Positions 1-10,475 of a stretch of 64,000 nucleotides of DNA are shown one piece after another. Source of the stretch: an uncultured Bacteroidales bacterium (GTDB taxonomy: Bacteria; Bacteroidota; Bacteroidia; Bacteroidales; VadinHA17); contig CAWBNA010000019.1 in the NCBI GenBank assembly GCA_963789985.1, forward strand, positions 198,051-262,050. The letters run 5' to 3'. The notes beneath the pieces were generated by a model. It searched no databases. It was not told where the DNA came from and saw only the letters and a program-made list of their open reading frames with translations. The translations under genes and the position numbers were made by a program. Numbering within the stretch: position 1 is the first letter of the stretch; the number at the start of each line of letters is the position of its first letter.

Positions 1-720
1 AAAGAAATAATCTTCGACAACTATCAGGATATGTCAGCAAACACAGCAAGCCGGATAGCTGCCATTATTTCCGGAAAGCCTGATGCCATGATCTGTTTTG
101 CGGCCGGTGAAACCTCAGTCGGTACTTTTGAACAGCTCATTGAACTTAACAGATCAGGTAGGATAAGTTTCAGGAAGTGCAGTATTGTAGGGTTGGATGA
201 ATGGATGAACCTGGGGCCAGCAAGAGTTGAAAACTGCTTTTCATTCCTAAAAAAACATCTTTTTGATCATATCGACTATGCTGAAGAAAACCTCTGTTTC
301 TTTAACGGAGAATCGAATGATCCGGCAACGGAATGTAAAAAGACTGACGATTTTATTAAGAAACACGGGCCGGTCGACATGATACTGCTTGGCATTGGTA
401 TGAACGGACATCTGGGACTGAATGAACCAGGGACACCTTTTGATCTTTATTCTCATGTGGTTGATCTGGATAATGTTACAAAAAAAGTCGGCCAGAAGTA
501 TTTCACTGGCAGGGCAGTGCTCTCTGCCGGAATTACCCTGGGGATTAAACATATAATGGAAGCCCGTACTGCAATCCTCCAGATCAGCGGGGCAAAAAAG
601 GCAGGACTTTTAAAACATCTTATTGACTGTGAGATTTCGCCGGATTTTCCGGCTTCTTCTTTAAAATTACATTCTAATTCTTACCTTCTGGCCGACAGAA
701 AGGCTTCTGAGTATCTATAA
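1..720 (+). CDS. Glucosamine-6-phosphate deaminase/isomerase family protein (NagB/YieK-like), probably 5'-truncated by the window edge
   Basis: Frame is open from base 1 (KEIIFDNYQDMS...). Motifs GLDEW, LGIGMNGHLGLNEPG, ITLGIKHI, PASSL. Confidence 0.85.
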   Translation, partial: KEIIFDNYQDMSANTASRIAAIISGKPDAMICFAAGETSVGTFEQLIELNRSGRISFRKCSIVGLDEWMNLGPARVENCFSFLKKHLFDHIDYAEENLCFFNGESNDPATECKKTDDFIKKHGPVDMILLGIGMNGHLGLNEPGTPFDLYSHVVDLDNVTKKVGQKYFTGRAVLSAGITLGIKHIMEARTAILQISGAKKAGLLKHLIDCEISPDFPASSLKLHSNSYLLADRKASEYL

Positions 721-730
721 TAATAATAAG

Positions 731-1849
731 GTGAAGATAACCGACAGAAAAGCAGAAGCTGTCAGGGAGACAGTCAGAAGACTGCAGGAAACAGGAAATT
801 CCCGGTTTAACGCCGTGCTGGGATTTGATGCATGCATTGATAATATTATCCGTGTGATTAAAGGAAAAGGGGAAAACAATAATATTGAGTTTTTCAGTAA
901 CAGCCGCGAGTTTGGCGAGTATCTTATAAAACACGAAAACATTAGCTGTGGCATCGAGCTTAAAACTATTGTTTCAAAGATTGGCGGGAACATGGTAATT
1001 ATGGGAAATGCCCTTGGCAATCTTGGCGTAAAGTCTGACTGTATCGGGACATTCGGCTTTCCTGAAATATTGCCGTTTTTCAGATCGATGTCACCGAACT
1101 GCACGCTTCATACAGTTGGGGAAACGATTACAGCTTCTGCCCTTGAATTCAGTGATTCAAAAATTATAATGTTCGATCCGGGTCCATACGTTAATATTGA
1201 CTGGGAAGAGATTAAAAACAAGCTTGGGACCGAACAGATTACGCGGTTGTTTTCAGGGAAGCAATTGATAGCACTTCTTAACTGGAGTGAGCTTGAAAAA
1301 TCATCTCTTATCTGGAAGGGCATATATGAAGAAATTTTCCCGGCTTTGAAATCAGGAGCTAAATTGCCTGTTCTTTTTGCAGATCTGGCTGACTGTTCCA
1401 GAAGACCGGCAAGTGAGATCCAATCAGTTGTTTCCCGCCTGGCACAGTTCACAAAGTATTCAAAGGTTATTTTAAGTCTTAACCAGAACGAAGCCTCTGT
1501 TTTAGCAAAAGCGATGAACGTTCCTGATGCCGGACAGGATGAAGGATTTATAAGGAAATTGTTTAATGCCAGCAATGTAAGCGAGCTTGTTATTCACCGT
1601 ACAAAAGATGCTTTGGCTTTTAACGGAGAAAGGTTTGAAGAATGCGGCACCTTCTTATGTGAAGATCCTGTGATACTTACAGGCGGAGGCGACAATTTTA
1701 ACGCCGGGTACTGTTTTGCGGCGCTTATCGGATGCGATCTCTTCCAGTCATTGCTGATTGGCAATGCTGTCTCGGGCTACTATGTAAGAAACGGGAAAAG
1801 CCCTGATACAGGCAGGTTGGTAGATTTCTTAAAATTATTTAACGAATAA
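731..1849 (+). CDS. PfkB/ribokinase-family carbohydrate kinase
   Basis: C-terminal LTGGGDNFNAGY signature and N-terminal GG motif (KIGGN). GTG start 10 nt after the upstream stop. Confidence 0.8.
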   Translation: MKITDRKAEAVRETVRRLQETGNSRFNAVLGFDACIDNIIRVIKGKGENNNIEFFSNSREFGEYLIKHENISCGIELKTIVSKIGGNMVIMGNALGNLGVKSDCIGTFGFPEILPFFRSMSPNCTLHTVGETITASALEFSDSKIIMFDPGPYVNIDWEEIKNKLGTEQITRLFSGKQLIALLNWSELEKSSLIWKGIYEEIFPALKSGAKLPVLFADLADCSRRPASEIQSVVSRLAQFTKYSKVILSLNQNEASVLAKAMNVPDAGQDEGFIRKLFNASNVSELVIHRTKDALAFNGERFEECGTFLCEDPVILTGGGDNFNAGYCFAALIGCDLFQSLLIGNAVSGYYVRNGKSPDTGRLVDFLKLFNE

Positions 1850-2094
1850 ATTACCAGCGATTACTTTATTGCCTTGATTGAGCACCCACGTCATGAAATG
1901 TCGTCAGTAAGGGAAAATCAGATATGAATGTTCTGATCGTTTTTCAGTGTGATCAATTATTTTGAGGAAAATACGGTTGGAAGTCTTAAAAGAGTCATCA
2001 GAAAATCAGTTTTTTTAAGGTTTAAATGACATAAAATCGTTTATAATTATCTGTTTCTTAGATAAATAATTTTTTTTTTGCAATATTTTTAATT

Positions 2095-2127
2095 TTTAAC
2101 ATTTAATTTAAAAAAATGTTAAATTTG
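2095..2127 (+). promoter_or_regulatory. Candidate susC promoter: -7 box TAAATTTG (2120-2127) overlapped by inverted repeat TTTAACATTT-N9-AAATGTTAAA
   Basis: Matches the Bacteroidota TAnnTTTG consensus. Perfect 10-bp inverted repeat at 2095-2104 / 2114-2123. Confidence 0.45.
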
Positions 2128-2256
2128 TTTATTGAGAATTCATGATTTAACTTGATTAAATCTGAGGTTCTGACAACCTTAAAACCTTGAATACAATTTT
2201 AACGAACTTATTTTAATTGTTATTTAACTACCATAACTTAACCAAATCAACTCACT

Positions 2257-5200
2257 ATGCGGACTTTTCGGAATTTATTATTCATGTTGAGAGGATGTTT
2301 GATTTGTCTTCTCTTTTTTGGCTTTGCAATCGGCTCAGCCAATGCTCAGCAAAGAACGGTCAAAGGTAAAGTTACTTCAAAAGAGGAGGGGCCTTTACCC
2401 GGAGTAAATGTAGTACTTCAGGGAACAGTGCAGGGAACCTCCACTGATGTGAATGGTAATTTTACCATTTCTGTTCCGGGTCCTGCTGCAATTCTGGTCT
2501 TTACTTTTATCGGTTACAACTCTCAGACCATTACTGTCGGAGACCGTAATCAGATTGACGTGGAAATGGCTGCCTCAATCAGCGCTCTAAGCGAAATTGT
2601 GGTTACGGGATATGGCACACAGAAGAAAGGGGAAATTACAAGTTCCATTTCCACTGTAAAATCGGATGAGTTCAACAAAGGCAGCATTGAAAGGCCTGAA
2701 CAACTGATCGAAGGAAAGGTTGCAGGACTGTCCATTACAAAGCCCGGAGGCGACCCTAACGGATCATATAACATTCGCTTAAGGGGCCTAAGTACGATTG
2801 GTGCAAATACACAACCTCTGGTTGTTATCGACGGGGTGGTCGGGGCAAGCCTCGATAACGTAGATCCAAATGATATTGAAACAATAAATGTACTGAAAGA
2901 TGGCTCTGCCGCAGCTATATATGGAACACGGGGATCAAGCGGTGTTATTCTTGTAACAACCAAACAGGGCAAAAAAGGCACAGCCACCGTTGAATACGAT
3001 GTTTATGGAACAATGGAGACAGTTGCAAAGAATACTCCTGTTATGAATGCTACTGAATGGAGGGCCTTGCATAATGAGCTTGGTCTTGGAACTGATTTTG
3101 GAAAAAGCACTGACTGGTTTAAGGAAATAGAGCAAACAGGTTATACAATGGTTCATGGCCTTTCGCTTTCAGGCGGAAGTGATAAAACCACCTACAGGGC
3201 TTCAATCAATTACCATGATGCTCAAGGCATTGAGCGGAATACTGGAAACAATATAGTTAATGGAAGGATCAGTCTTTCTCAAAAAGCAATAAAGGATAAA
3301 TTTACCTTTGATGTGAACCTGGGAGGTACAGAAAAAACAGCACAATTGTGTTATCCCAATGCATTCAGATATGCAACAATTTATAATCCGACCGCTCCTG
3401 TAAGAAGCACTGATCCGGCTTATACAATGTATGACGGCTATTTTCAGCAGGTTCTGTTCGATTACTATAACCCGGTACAGATTGTGAATGAAGATGTAAA
3501 TGAACAGAAAAGCAGAATAATGAACCTTACATTAAAGGGTACCTATGAAATCCTTAAAGGACTGAACATTGATGCTTCTTATTCAATGCAGAACAATAGC
3601 ACATTAGCGGGTCAGTACTATAATTCACATGATTACTGGGGAGGAATGAACAGGAATGGCTTAGCTTCAAGACAGGAAGATAATACCGCCAGCCGGCTTT
3701 TTGAATCAACTGCACACTGGATGGGTAGAATAGGTTCTGATGTTGACCTCACGGTATTGGGAGGCTATTCTTATCAGGATTTTGTCAACGAAGGCTTTTA
3801 TGCTCAGGGAGGAAATTTTATCACTGATGATTTTTCTTTCAATAATCTCGGTGCTGCCCTTGATTTTAAGAATGGATTGGGCACAATAACAAGTTATAAA
3901 AACTCAAATAAACTGATCGCATTTATCGGACGTGTCAATTTGAATGTCAGCAATCTTTGGTTTGTAAATGCAAGCGCCAGGTATGAAGGATCATCCAGGT
4001 TTGGTGTAAACCATAAATGGGGCTTATTCCCATCTATTGGCGGTGGATTGGATCTGGCCAAGCTGCTTCAGGTTGATGCCATTGATAATCTGAAAGTAAG
4101 GGCCAGTTATGGTATAACCGGAAACCAGCCAAGCTCCAGTTATTTGTCAGTGCTTCAACTGGGTCCTCAGGGCAATTTCTACTATAATGGCAGCTATGTC
4201 CCTGGTTATTCACCGATTAGCAATGCTAATCCGGATCTTAAATGGGAAAAGAAAGGTGAAATTGATGCAGGGTTTGATTTTTCATTATTTAAATCTACAT
4301 TATCAGGTTCATTCGACTATTATACAAGAACTACAACTGACTTGTTATGGCAGTATGTTGTACCTGTTCCGCCAAACCTTTATCAACAGGCATGGATGAA
4401 CATTGGGAAATTAAGGAGCGCCGGCCTGGAATTGACACTTACATGGAATGCCGTTAAGAGACCTGATTTTACTTATAGTATGACTATAACACCCTCTTAC
4501 AGTATCGAGAACACTCTGGTTTCCCTTTCCGGGACCTTTAATGGTTCTAAACTGACTTATGGAATTCAGGATCTGAGTGATATGGGCTCACCAGGGCAAA
4601 ATCAGGTTCCATTGGTAAGGTTACAGGAAGGTAAACCGATCGGTCAGCTTCTTGCACTCCAATTCAAGGAAATTGATCCACAGGGGAACGAAATCTTTGT
4701 TGATCAGAACAAAGATGGAACAATTGACCAGGCTGACCGTGTAATAGTTGGCAATGGCCTGCCGAAATTCCTGATGGGATTTGCAAATACATTCGGCTAC
4801 AAGAACTTTGACCTGAATATATTCTTCCGTGGTATATTCGGACATGATCTTGTGAATTCATTCCGCGGCTTTTATGAAGTGCCAAGGATGATCGGATCAT
4901 ACAACCTGCCAAAAACTGCTGCAGACCAGAGAAATCCCACTACACACGTTCTTCTTAACAGCTCTTCGGGTCTTTTATCAAGCAAGGATGTTGAAAATGC
5001 TTCTTTTGTTTCTCTTGATAATGTCAGCCTGGGTTATAATTTCATTTTACCTAAGAGTTCAGCATTCAGCAAGCTTAGAGTTTATATTGCCGGAAATAAC
5101 TTATTTTATATTACCAAATATAAAGGTGTAGATCCTAACCCAAGATATGTGGATAGTGCTACCGATATGGGAACATATCTTAGTCCGCTTGTACCAGGTA

Positions 5201-5265
5201 TCGACAGAAGGGATGAATGGTTCAGAACCAGATCATTTACTTTTGGTGCAAACGTCGTTTTTTAA
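2257..5265 (+). CDS. susC: SusC/RagA family TonB-dependent outer-membrane transporter
   Basis: Signal peptide, CarboxypepD-like N-domain, VVTGYG, plug motif VLKDGSAAAIYGTRGSSGVILVTTK, NPDLKWE, C-terminal F. Confidence 0.97.
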   Translation: MRTFRNLLFMLRGCLICLLFFGFAIGSANAQQRTVKGKVTSKEEGPLPGVNVVLQGTVQGTSTDVNGNFTISVPGPAAILVFTFIGYNSQTITVGDRNQIDVEMAASISALSEIVVTGYGTQKKGEITSSISTVKSDEFNKGSIERPEQLIEGKVAGLSITKPGGDPNGSYNIRLRGLSTIGANTQPLVVIDGVVGASLDNVDPNDIETINVLKDGSAAAIYGTRGSSGVILVTTKQGKKGTATVEYDVYGTMETVAKNTPVMNATEWRALHNELGLGTDFGKSTDWFKEIEQTGYTMVHGLSLSGGSDKTTYRASINYHDAQGIERNTGNNIVNGRISLSQKAIKDKFTFDVNLGGTEKTAQLCYPNAFRYATIYNPTAPVRSTDPAYTMYDGYFQQVLFDYYNPVQIVNEDVNEQKSRIMNLTLKGTYEILKGLNIDASYSMQNNSTLAGQYYNSHDYWGGMNRNGLASRQEDNTASRLFESTAHWMGRIGSDVDLTVLGGYSYQDFVNEGFYAQGGNFITDDFSFNNLGAALDFKNGLGTITSYKNSNKLIAFIGRVNLNVSNLWFVNASARYEGSSRFGVNHKWGLFPSIGGGLDLAKLLQVDAIDNLKVRASYGITGNQPSSSYLSVLQLGPQGNFYYNGSYVPGYSPISNANPDLKWEKKGEIDAGFDFSLFKSTLSGSFDYYTRTTTDLLWQYVVPVPPNLYQQAWMNIGKLRSAGLELTLTWNAVKRPDFTYSMTITPSYSIENTLVSLSGTFNGSKLTYGIQDLSDMGSPGQNQVPLVRLQEGKPIGQLLALQFKEIDPQGNEIFVDQNKDGTIDQADRVIVGNGLPKFLMGFANTFGYKNFDLNIFFRGIFGHDLVNSFRGFYEVPRMIGSYNLPKTAADQRNPTTHVLLNSSSGLLSSKDVENASFVSLDNVSLGYNFILPKSSAFSKLRVYIAGNNLFYITKYKGVDPNPRYVDSATDMGTYLSPLVPGIDRRDEWFRTRSFTFGANVVF

Positions 5266-5284
5266 ATCTAAAAATGAATGAGAC

Positions 5285-7015
5285 ATGAAAACAAAAGAAA
5301 GAAATAAAATAGGAACGACATTTTACCTAAGATTAATATTAGGTATCTTTATTGTAGCTGCTGTTGGACAATCCTGTACGAAGCTGGATGAAACACTTTA
5401 CAGTAATGTTACCCCAGCCAATTTCTTCAAATCGGACCAGGAATTTGTATCGGCCCTGGGAGCTGCATATACTCAGCTGGGGAATTATGCTTCACAGGAG
5501 ACTTATGCCCTGCAGGAACTTACCACCGATGAGATGACTTGTCCTACAAGGGGACAGGATTGGGATGACGGCGGTAACTGGAGAAGACTTCATCTGCATT
5601 CATGGAAAACTGAAGATAACGCAGTAACTAATGCCTGGAGCTTTGATTTTGCCGGCATTAATACATGTAACCGTTTGATTTATCAGTTTCAAAGCTTGTC
5701 GGCCAGCGGACAGGTTAATGCAAGCACGGCTGCATCATATATTGCAGAACTTCGGACGCTGCGAGGTTTCTTTTACTGGCAGCTGGTTGATATGTATGGC
5801 AATGTGCCTATGGATACAAGTTTTGTCAACGTTTCTGCAGCACCTCCTACTGCATCAAGAAGTACTATTTACAACATGCTTATCAGTGATCTGGAAGCTG
5901 CTGTTCCCCTGTTGACAAGAACAGTGGGCGGAACAGCTTATGGCCGTATTAATTATTATGCAGGAAAGTGCCTGTTAGCAAAGTTATACCTGAATGCAGG
6001 AGTTTATGTAAATGCCCCTGCATGGGCTAATGTGGTTGCTGCCTGTGATACGATAATCAACTCCGGCAAGTATTCTCTGGAAAGCAATTACTTTACGAAT
6101 TTCAATGTAAATAACTCCGGTTCTAAGGAATTTATCTTTGCTATACCTTATGACAAAGTATTTTTCACAGGTTTCGAATGCGGGGCTCAGTCATTGCACT
6201 ATGGAAACCAGTACACCTATAACCTTCAATATCAACCCTGGAATGGCTTTTGTACTCTTCAGGAATTCTACAATTCCTATAGTGATAACGACCTTAGAAA
6301 GGGTGATGTTGGCACACTGCAAGGTCCTCAAAAAAGACGTGGTAATTTTCTTGCAGGATATCAATACAGGGCTGATGGGGCTACTTTAGTTACTGATGAT
6401 GGATTTGAAGCTCCTAACCCTACACGTCAACCTGCACCTTTGCTTGGAGACCCTGATGGCGCTCCGCTTAATTTTGGAAATATGTTTTCAACGCAACCAC
6501 AGATAAATGAATTGGGTCCACAGGCATATCGCCAGTCAGGTGTAAGAATCGGTAAATGGGAATATGAAATAGGAGGTACATCAGAAATGAGTAATGATTG
6601 GTGCGTATTCCGTTACGCAGATGTACTGTTGATGAAAGCAGAAGCACTCTGGCGCATAAGCAATAATTCGCAGGATCCTCAGGTACTGGCTCTTGTTAAC
6701 CAGATCCGGGAACGTGCCGGTTTAACGGATCTTACTACTATTGATAGTGCTCTGAGTTTTGACCTTGCCGGTGGTACTGTTGCCGGTGGAGAATTATTCA
6801 ATGAAATGGGACGTGAAATGTTCGCTGAGCACAACAGGAGACAGGATCTGATCCGTTGGGGATACTTTACCGATAATGATAAATGGGTGCTTCCATTTTA
6901 TAACCCGGGAGATGTGCTTAACTCAGGCAGTAGTTTTTCTTATCTCACAATTTTCCCGCTTGGCAGGGCTGTACTTTCTGCTAATCCTAATCTGGTACAA
7001 AACCCAGGTTATTAG
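5285..7015 (+). CDS. susD: SusD/RagB family lipoprotein
   Basis: Lipobox GQSC, LRGFFYWQLVDMYGNVP, FRYADVLLMKAEA, RRQDLIRWG, C-terminal QNPGY. Lies directly after susC. Confidence 0.96.
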   Translation: MKTKERNKIGTTFYLRLILGIFIVAAVGQSCTKLDETLYSNVTPANFFKSDQEFVSALGAAYTQLGNYASQETYALQELTTDEMTCPTRGQDWDDGGNWRRLHLHSWKTEDNAVTNAWSFDFAGINTCNRLIYQFQSLSASGQVNASTAASYIAELRTLRGFFYWQLVDMYGNVPMDTSFVNVSAAPPTASRSTIYNMLISDLEAAVPLLTRTVGGTAYGRINYYAGKCLLAKLYLNAGVYVNAPAWANVVAACDTIINSGKYSLESNYFTNFNVNNSGSKEFIFAIPYDKVFFTGFECGAQSLHYGNQYTYNLQYQPWNGFCTLQEFYNSYSDNDLRKGDVGTLQGPQKRRGNFLAGYQYRADGATLVTDDGFEAPNPTRQPAPLLGDPDGAPLNFGNMFSTQPQINELGPQAYRQSGVRIGKWEYEIGGTSEMSNDWCVFRYADVLLMKAEALWRISNNSQDPQVLALVNQIRERAGLTDLTTIDSALSFDLAGGTVAGGELFNEMGREMFAEHNRRQDLIRWGYFTDNDKWVLPFYNPGDVLNSGSSFSYLTIFPLGRAVLSANPNLVQNPGY

Positions 7016-7043
7016 CGTACAATTTTTAAATTAGTTTTTCAGG

Positions 7044-7081
7044 AGAGCAGGCAATTGCTATATTTGCTTGCTCTTTTTTTT
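7044..7081 (+). terminator. Intrinsic terminator after susD
   Basis: 11-bp stem AGAGCAGGCAA/TTGCTTGCTCT (one G-U pair) followed by a T-run. Confidence 0.75.
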
Positions 7082-7110
7082 ACAGAAAGTTTAAGGCATT
7101 TACTAATCAT

Positions 7111-10100
7111 ATGATCAGATATTTTCAGGATACAGTTGTTTCTTTAAAGTACAGATGCTTTGAAGCTGTACTTTTGATCCTGATTATCTTGTCGTTAGGC
7201 TCCTGTAATCCGAAGGAACCAGGGAATAAGGTAAAACAACTTTTTTCACTTCTTAATAAAAGCCATACGCATATAGGTTTTATAAATAAAGTCGACTATA
7301 ACGAAGAATATAATACATACACATACCGGAACTTTTACAACGGGGCCGGCGTCGGAATTGGTGACTTTAATAACGATGGTTTGCCGGATATATATTTTTG
7401 CAGCAACCAGACAGGAAACAAGCTCTATATAAACAAGGGAAATTTTGTTTTTGAAGATGTAACTGAAAAGGCAGGTGTCGGTTGTGAAGGCTCATGGTCA
7501 ACAGGAGTCAGCATAGCCGATGTGAATGGCGATGGCTGGCCGGATATCTATGTTTGCAAATCAGGTAAGCTTGGCGGTCCGCATAGGGCGAACGAATTGT
7601 TCATTAATAACGGAGACCTTACATTTACTGAAAAAGCAGCTGAATATGGACTCGCAAATGTAGGATTGTCAAACCATTCTGCATTTTTTGATTATGATCG
7701 CGACGGAGATCTCGATTGTTATCTTCTCGATAACTCCCTTCAGTCAGTAACCGAATTTGATATGAAGCCCGGGCAACGTCAGATTCCCGATTCTCTCGGA
7801 GGAAACAAACTTTTCAGGAATGATTCCGGACATTTTGTCAATGTGACAAGGGAAGCAGGTATATACGCAAGTAAGATTGGTTTTGGGCTCGGCGTAAGTA
7901 TTGCTGACGTGAACCGGGACGGGTGGTTAGATATCTATGTTTCAAATGATTTTTTTGAACGCGACTACCTCTATATCAATAACAAAAACGGAACTTTTAC
8001 AGAAGCGCTTGAGGATCAGATTCGTGAAATAAGCCTCAGCACAATGGGCGCCGATATAGCTGACATAAACAACGATACTTATCCCGACATATTTACAACC
8101 GATATGACTCCGGAAGGAAATGAACGCCTGAAAACAAAAGCTTTGTTCGACAGCTGGGATACGTACCAGATGAAGTTAAAAAATGGCTATTATCATCAGT
8201 TTGGAAGAAATGTTCTTCAACTGAATAACCGCAATGGTTCTTTTAGCGAAATAGGAAGGTTAAGCGGGGTCAGCAGGACTGACTGGAGCTGGGGAGCACT
8301 GATAATGGATCTTGATAATGACGGATGGAAAGATATTTTTGTAGCTAATGGTATTTACAAAGACCTGCTCGACCGCGATTATCTCGATATATATTCAAAT
8401 CCTTCCATGATGCGTTCAATAATCAGAACCGAGCAGAAGGCAATATTGAAGCTTATCGACATGATCCCCTCGGTTAAGGTCCCAAATTACGCTTTTCATA
8501 ATAACGGCGATCTTACCTTTACAAACTATGCCGGCGTATGGGGGCTTGACCAGCCTTCATTTTCAAACGGAGCAGCTTATGGGGATCTCGATAATGACGG
8601 TGCCCTTGATCTTGTTGTAAACAACGTGAACATGCCTCCCTTTGTTTACAGGAACATGACCAGCGAAAGAAAAGAAGCAAATTTTCTGACATTGAACCTT
8701 AAAGGTACCGGAAAAAATATTGAGGCAATCGGTGCTTCAGTAACAATTTACTATGACGGAAAAACAAGTTATCTGGAACTTGTACCTTCACGGGGATTTC
8801 AATCCTGTGTTGATCCGAGACTTCACTTTGGCCTGGGGAAAGCAACTTCAGTTGATTCACTGATAGTAAACTGGCCTGATGGCAAGTGCACTGTTTTGCA
8901 CAATTTGGCTGTAAACCGTTTTTTAACTCTTGATGAAAAGGATGTAGGCGGAAATTGCTTGAACTATCCGGCAAAATCTCAGCCGGTGATTTTTCAAAGA
9001 ACGGAACAAATAAAGGGTCTTGATTATACACATAAAGAAAGCGATTTTATTGATTTTGAAAGAGACAAACTTTTGTTTGAGGGTTTATCCAATGAAGGGC
9101 CCCATATGGCGGTCGGTGATGTAAATGGCGACGGACTTGATGATATATTCATATGCGGGGCCAAAAACAGTCCTGGTGCCCTTTTTGTACAGGACAGGTC
9201 AGGTCACTTCAGAAGGACAAATGAAGCGCTGTTTGATAAAAACAGAATATCAGAAGATACAGACTGCTGTTTTTTTGATGCTGATGGCGATGGTGATATT
9301 GACCTGTACGTTGCCAGCGGAGGAAATGAATTGCCATCTACCTCATCCGCTCTGGCGGACCGGCTGTACATAAACGATGGCAAGGGGAACTTTGTAAAAA
9401 GCAAACAGGTTCTGCCGGCAGGGAAATATGAGAGTACATCGTGCGTCAGGCCTGCCGATTTTGACAAGGACGGCGATATGGATCTTTTTGTGGGAATCCG
9501 TTTGCAGCCGTTTGCCTATGGCGTACCTGTAAATGGTTATCTCCTTGAAAATGACGGGCATGGTAATTTTAAAAATGTGACAGCCCAAAAAGCTCCGGGA
9601 TTAATAAATATCGGGATGATAACGGATATGCAATGGGCGGATGTTAATAATGACGGGTATCCGGATATGGTTATAGTGGGCGATTGGATGCCGGTAAAGA
9701 TCTTTATAAATAATCACGGATATTTTACTGACGAATCTGAAAAGTACGGATTGAAAAATACGGAAGGATGGTGGCATACCATAGTCGCAAAAGACCTGAA
9801 CGGAGACGGGAAAATAGACTTTGTTCTTGGTAACCAGGGCTTAAATTCATTTTTCAGGGCTTCCATAGAAAAACCCGTAACGATGTACGTGAATGACTTT
9901 GACCTGAACGGAACTATTGATCAGATAATCTGCACCTACAACGGAGATAAATCCTATCCTGTTGTAATGAAGGATGAGCTGGTAAAACAAATTCCCTCCC
10001 TGGCATTAAAATATATGAAATACAGCGATTATAAGAATCAGACTATCGAGGACATTTTCCCGAAGGAAGTGCTGGACCGTTCGATAAAACTCAATGCAAA

Positions 10101-10467
10101 GATGATGGAGAGCTGTGTATTGATCAACACGGGGGAGGGAAGTTTTAAAATTGTTCCGCTTCCGGTCGAAGCTCAGTTCTCACCTGTATATGCAATAATT
10201 GCTGATGATTTTGATCATGATGGCAATTGTGATATTCTTATCGGAGGAAATCAATACAGGGCTAAGCCCCAGACGGGTATTTACGACGCAAGCTATGGAC
10301 TTCTCCTGAAAGGAAGCCCGGATGGAACCTGGCATTCAGTTCCAGCCCTGGAATCAGGGTTTTTCACAAAGGGCGAAATACGTAATTTTAAAATACTGAA
10401 AGTAAACAGTGAAAAAGTACTTACGGTCGCAAGAAATAATGATAATTTACAATTTTATAAATACTGA
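7111..10467 (+). CDS. FG-GAP/VCBS-repeat + ASPIC/UnbV domain lipoprotein (CRTAC1-like), paralog 1
   Basis: Lipobox LGSC, many D-x-N/D-x-DG-x-x-D repeats, ASPIC/UnbV segment RGFQSCVDPRLHFGLG...VNWPDG. Confidence 0.88.
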   Translation: MIRYFQDTVVSLKYRCFEAVLLILIILSLGSCNPKEPGNKVKQLFSLLNKSHTHIGFINKVDYNEEYNTYTYRNFYNGAGVGIGDFNNDGLPDIYFCSNQTGNKLYINKGNFVFEDVTEKAGVGCEGSWSTGVSIADVNGDGWPDIYVCKSGKLGGPHRANELFINNGDLTFTEKAAEYGLANVGLSNHSAFFDYDRDGDLDCYLLDNSLQSVTEFDMKPGQRQIPDSLGGNKLFRNDSGHFVNVTREAGIYASKIGFGLGVSIADVNRDGWLDIYVSNDFFERDYLYINNKNGTFTEALEDQIREISLSTMGADIADINNDTYPDIFTTDMTPEGNERLKTKALFDSWDTYQMKLKNGYYHQFGRNVLQLNNRNGSFSEIGRLSGVSRTDWSWGALIMDLDNDGWKDIFVANGIYKDLLDRDYLDIYSNPSMMRSIIRTEQKAILKLIDMIPSVKVPNYAFHNNGDLTFTNYAGVWGLDQPSFSNGAAYGDLDNDGALDLVVNNVNMPPFVYRNMTSERKEANFLTLNLKGTGKNIEAIGASVTIYYDGKTSYLELVPSRGFQSCVDPRLHFGLGKATSVDSLIVNWPDGKCTVLHNLAVNRFLTLDEKDVGGNCLNYPAKSQPVIFQRTEQIKGLDYTHKESDFIDFERDKLLFEGLSNEGPHMAVGDVNGDGLDDIFICGAKNSPGALFVQDRSGHFRRTNEALFDKNRISEDTDCCFFDADGDGDIDLYVASGGNELPSTSSALADRLYINDGKGNFVKSKQVLPAGKYESTSCVRPADFDKDGDMDLFVGIRLQPFAYGVPVNGYLLENDGHGNFKNVTAQKAPGLINIGMITDMQWADVNNDGYPDMVIVGDWMPVKIFINNHGYFTDESEKYGLKNTEGWWHTIVAKDLNGDGKIDFVLGNQGLNSFFRASIEKPVTMYVNDFDLNGTIDQIICTYNGDKSYPVVMKDELVKQIPSLALKYMKYSDYKNQTIEDIFPKEVLDRSIKLNAKMMESCVLINTGEGSFKIVPLPVEAQFSPVYAIIADDFDHDGNCDILIGGNQYRAKPQTGIYDASYGLLLKGSPDGTWHSVPALESGFFTKGEIRNFKILKVNSEKVLTVARNNDNLQFYKY

Positions 10468-10475
10468 CTTGGATT

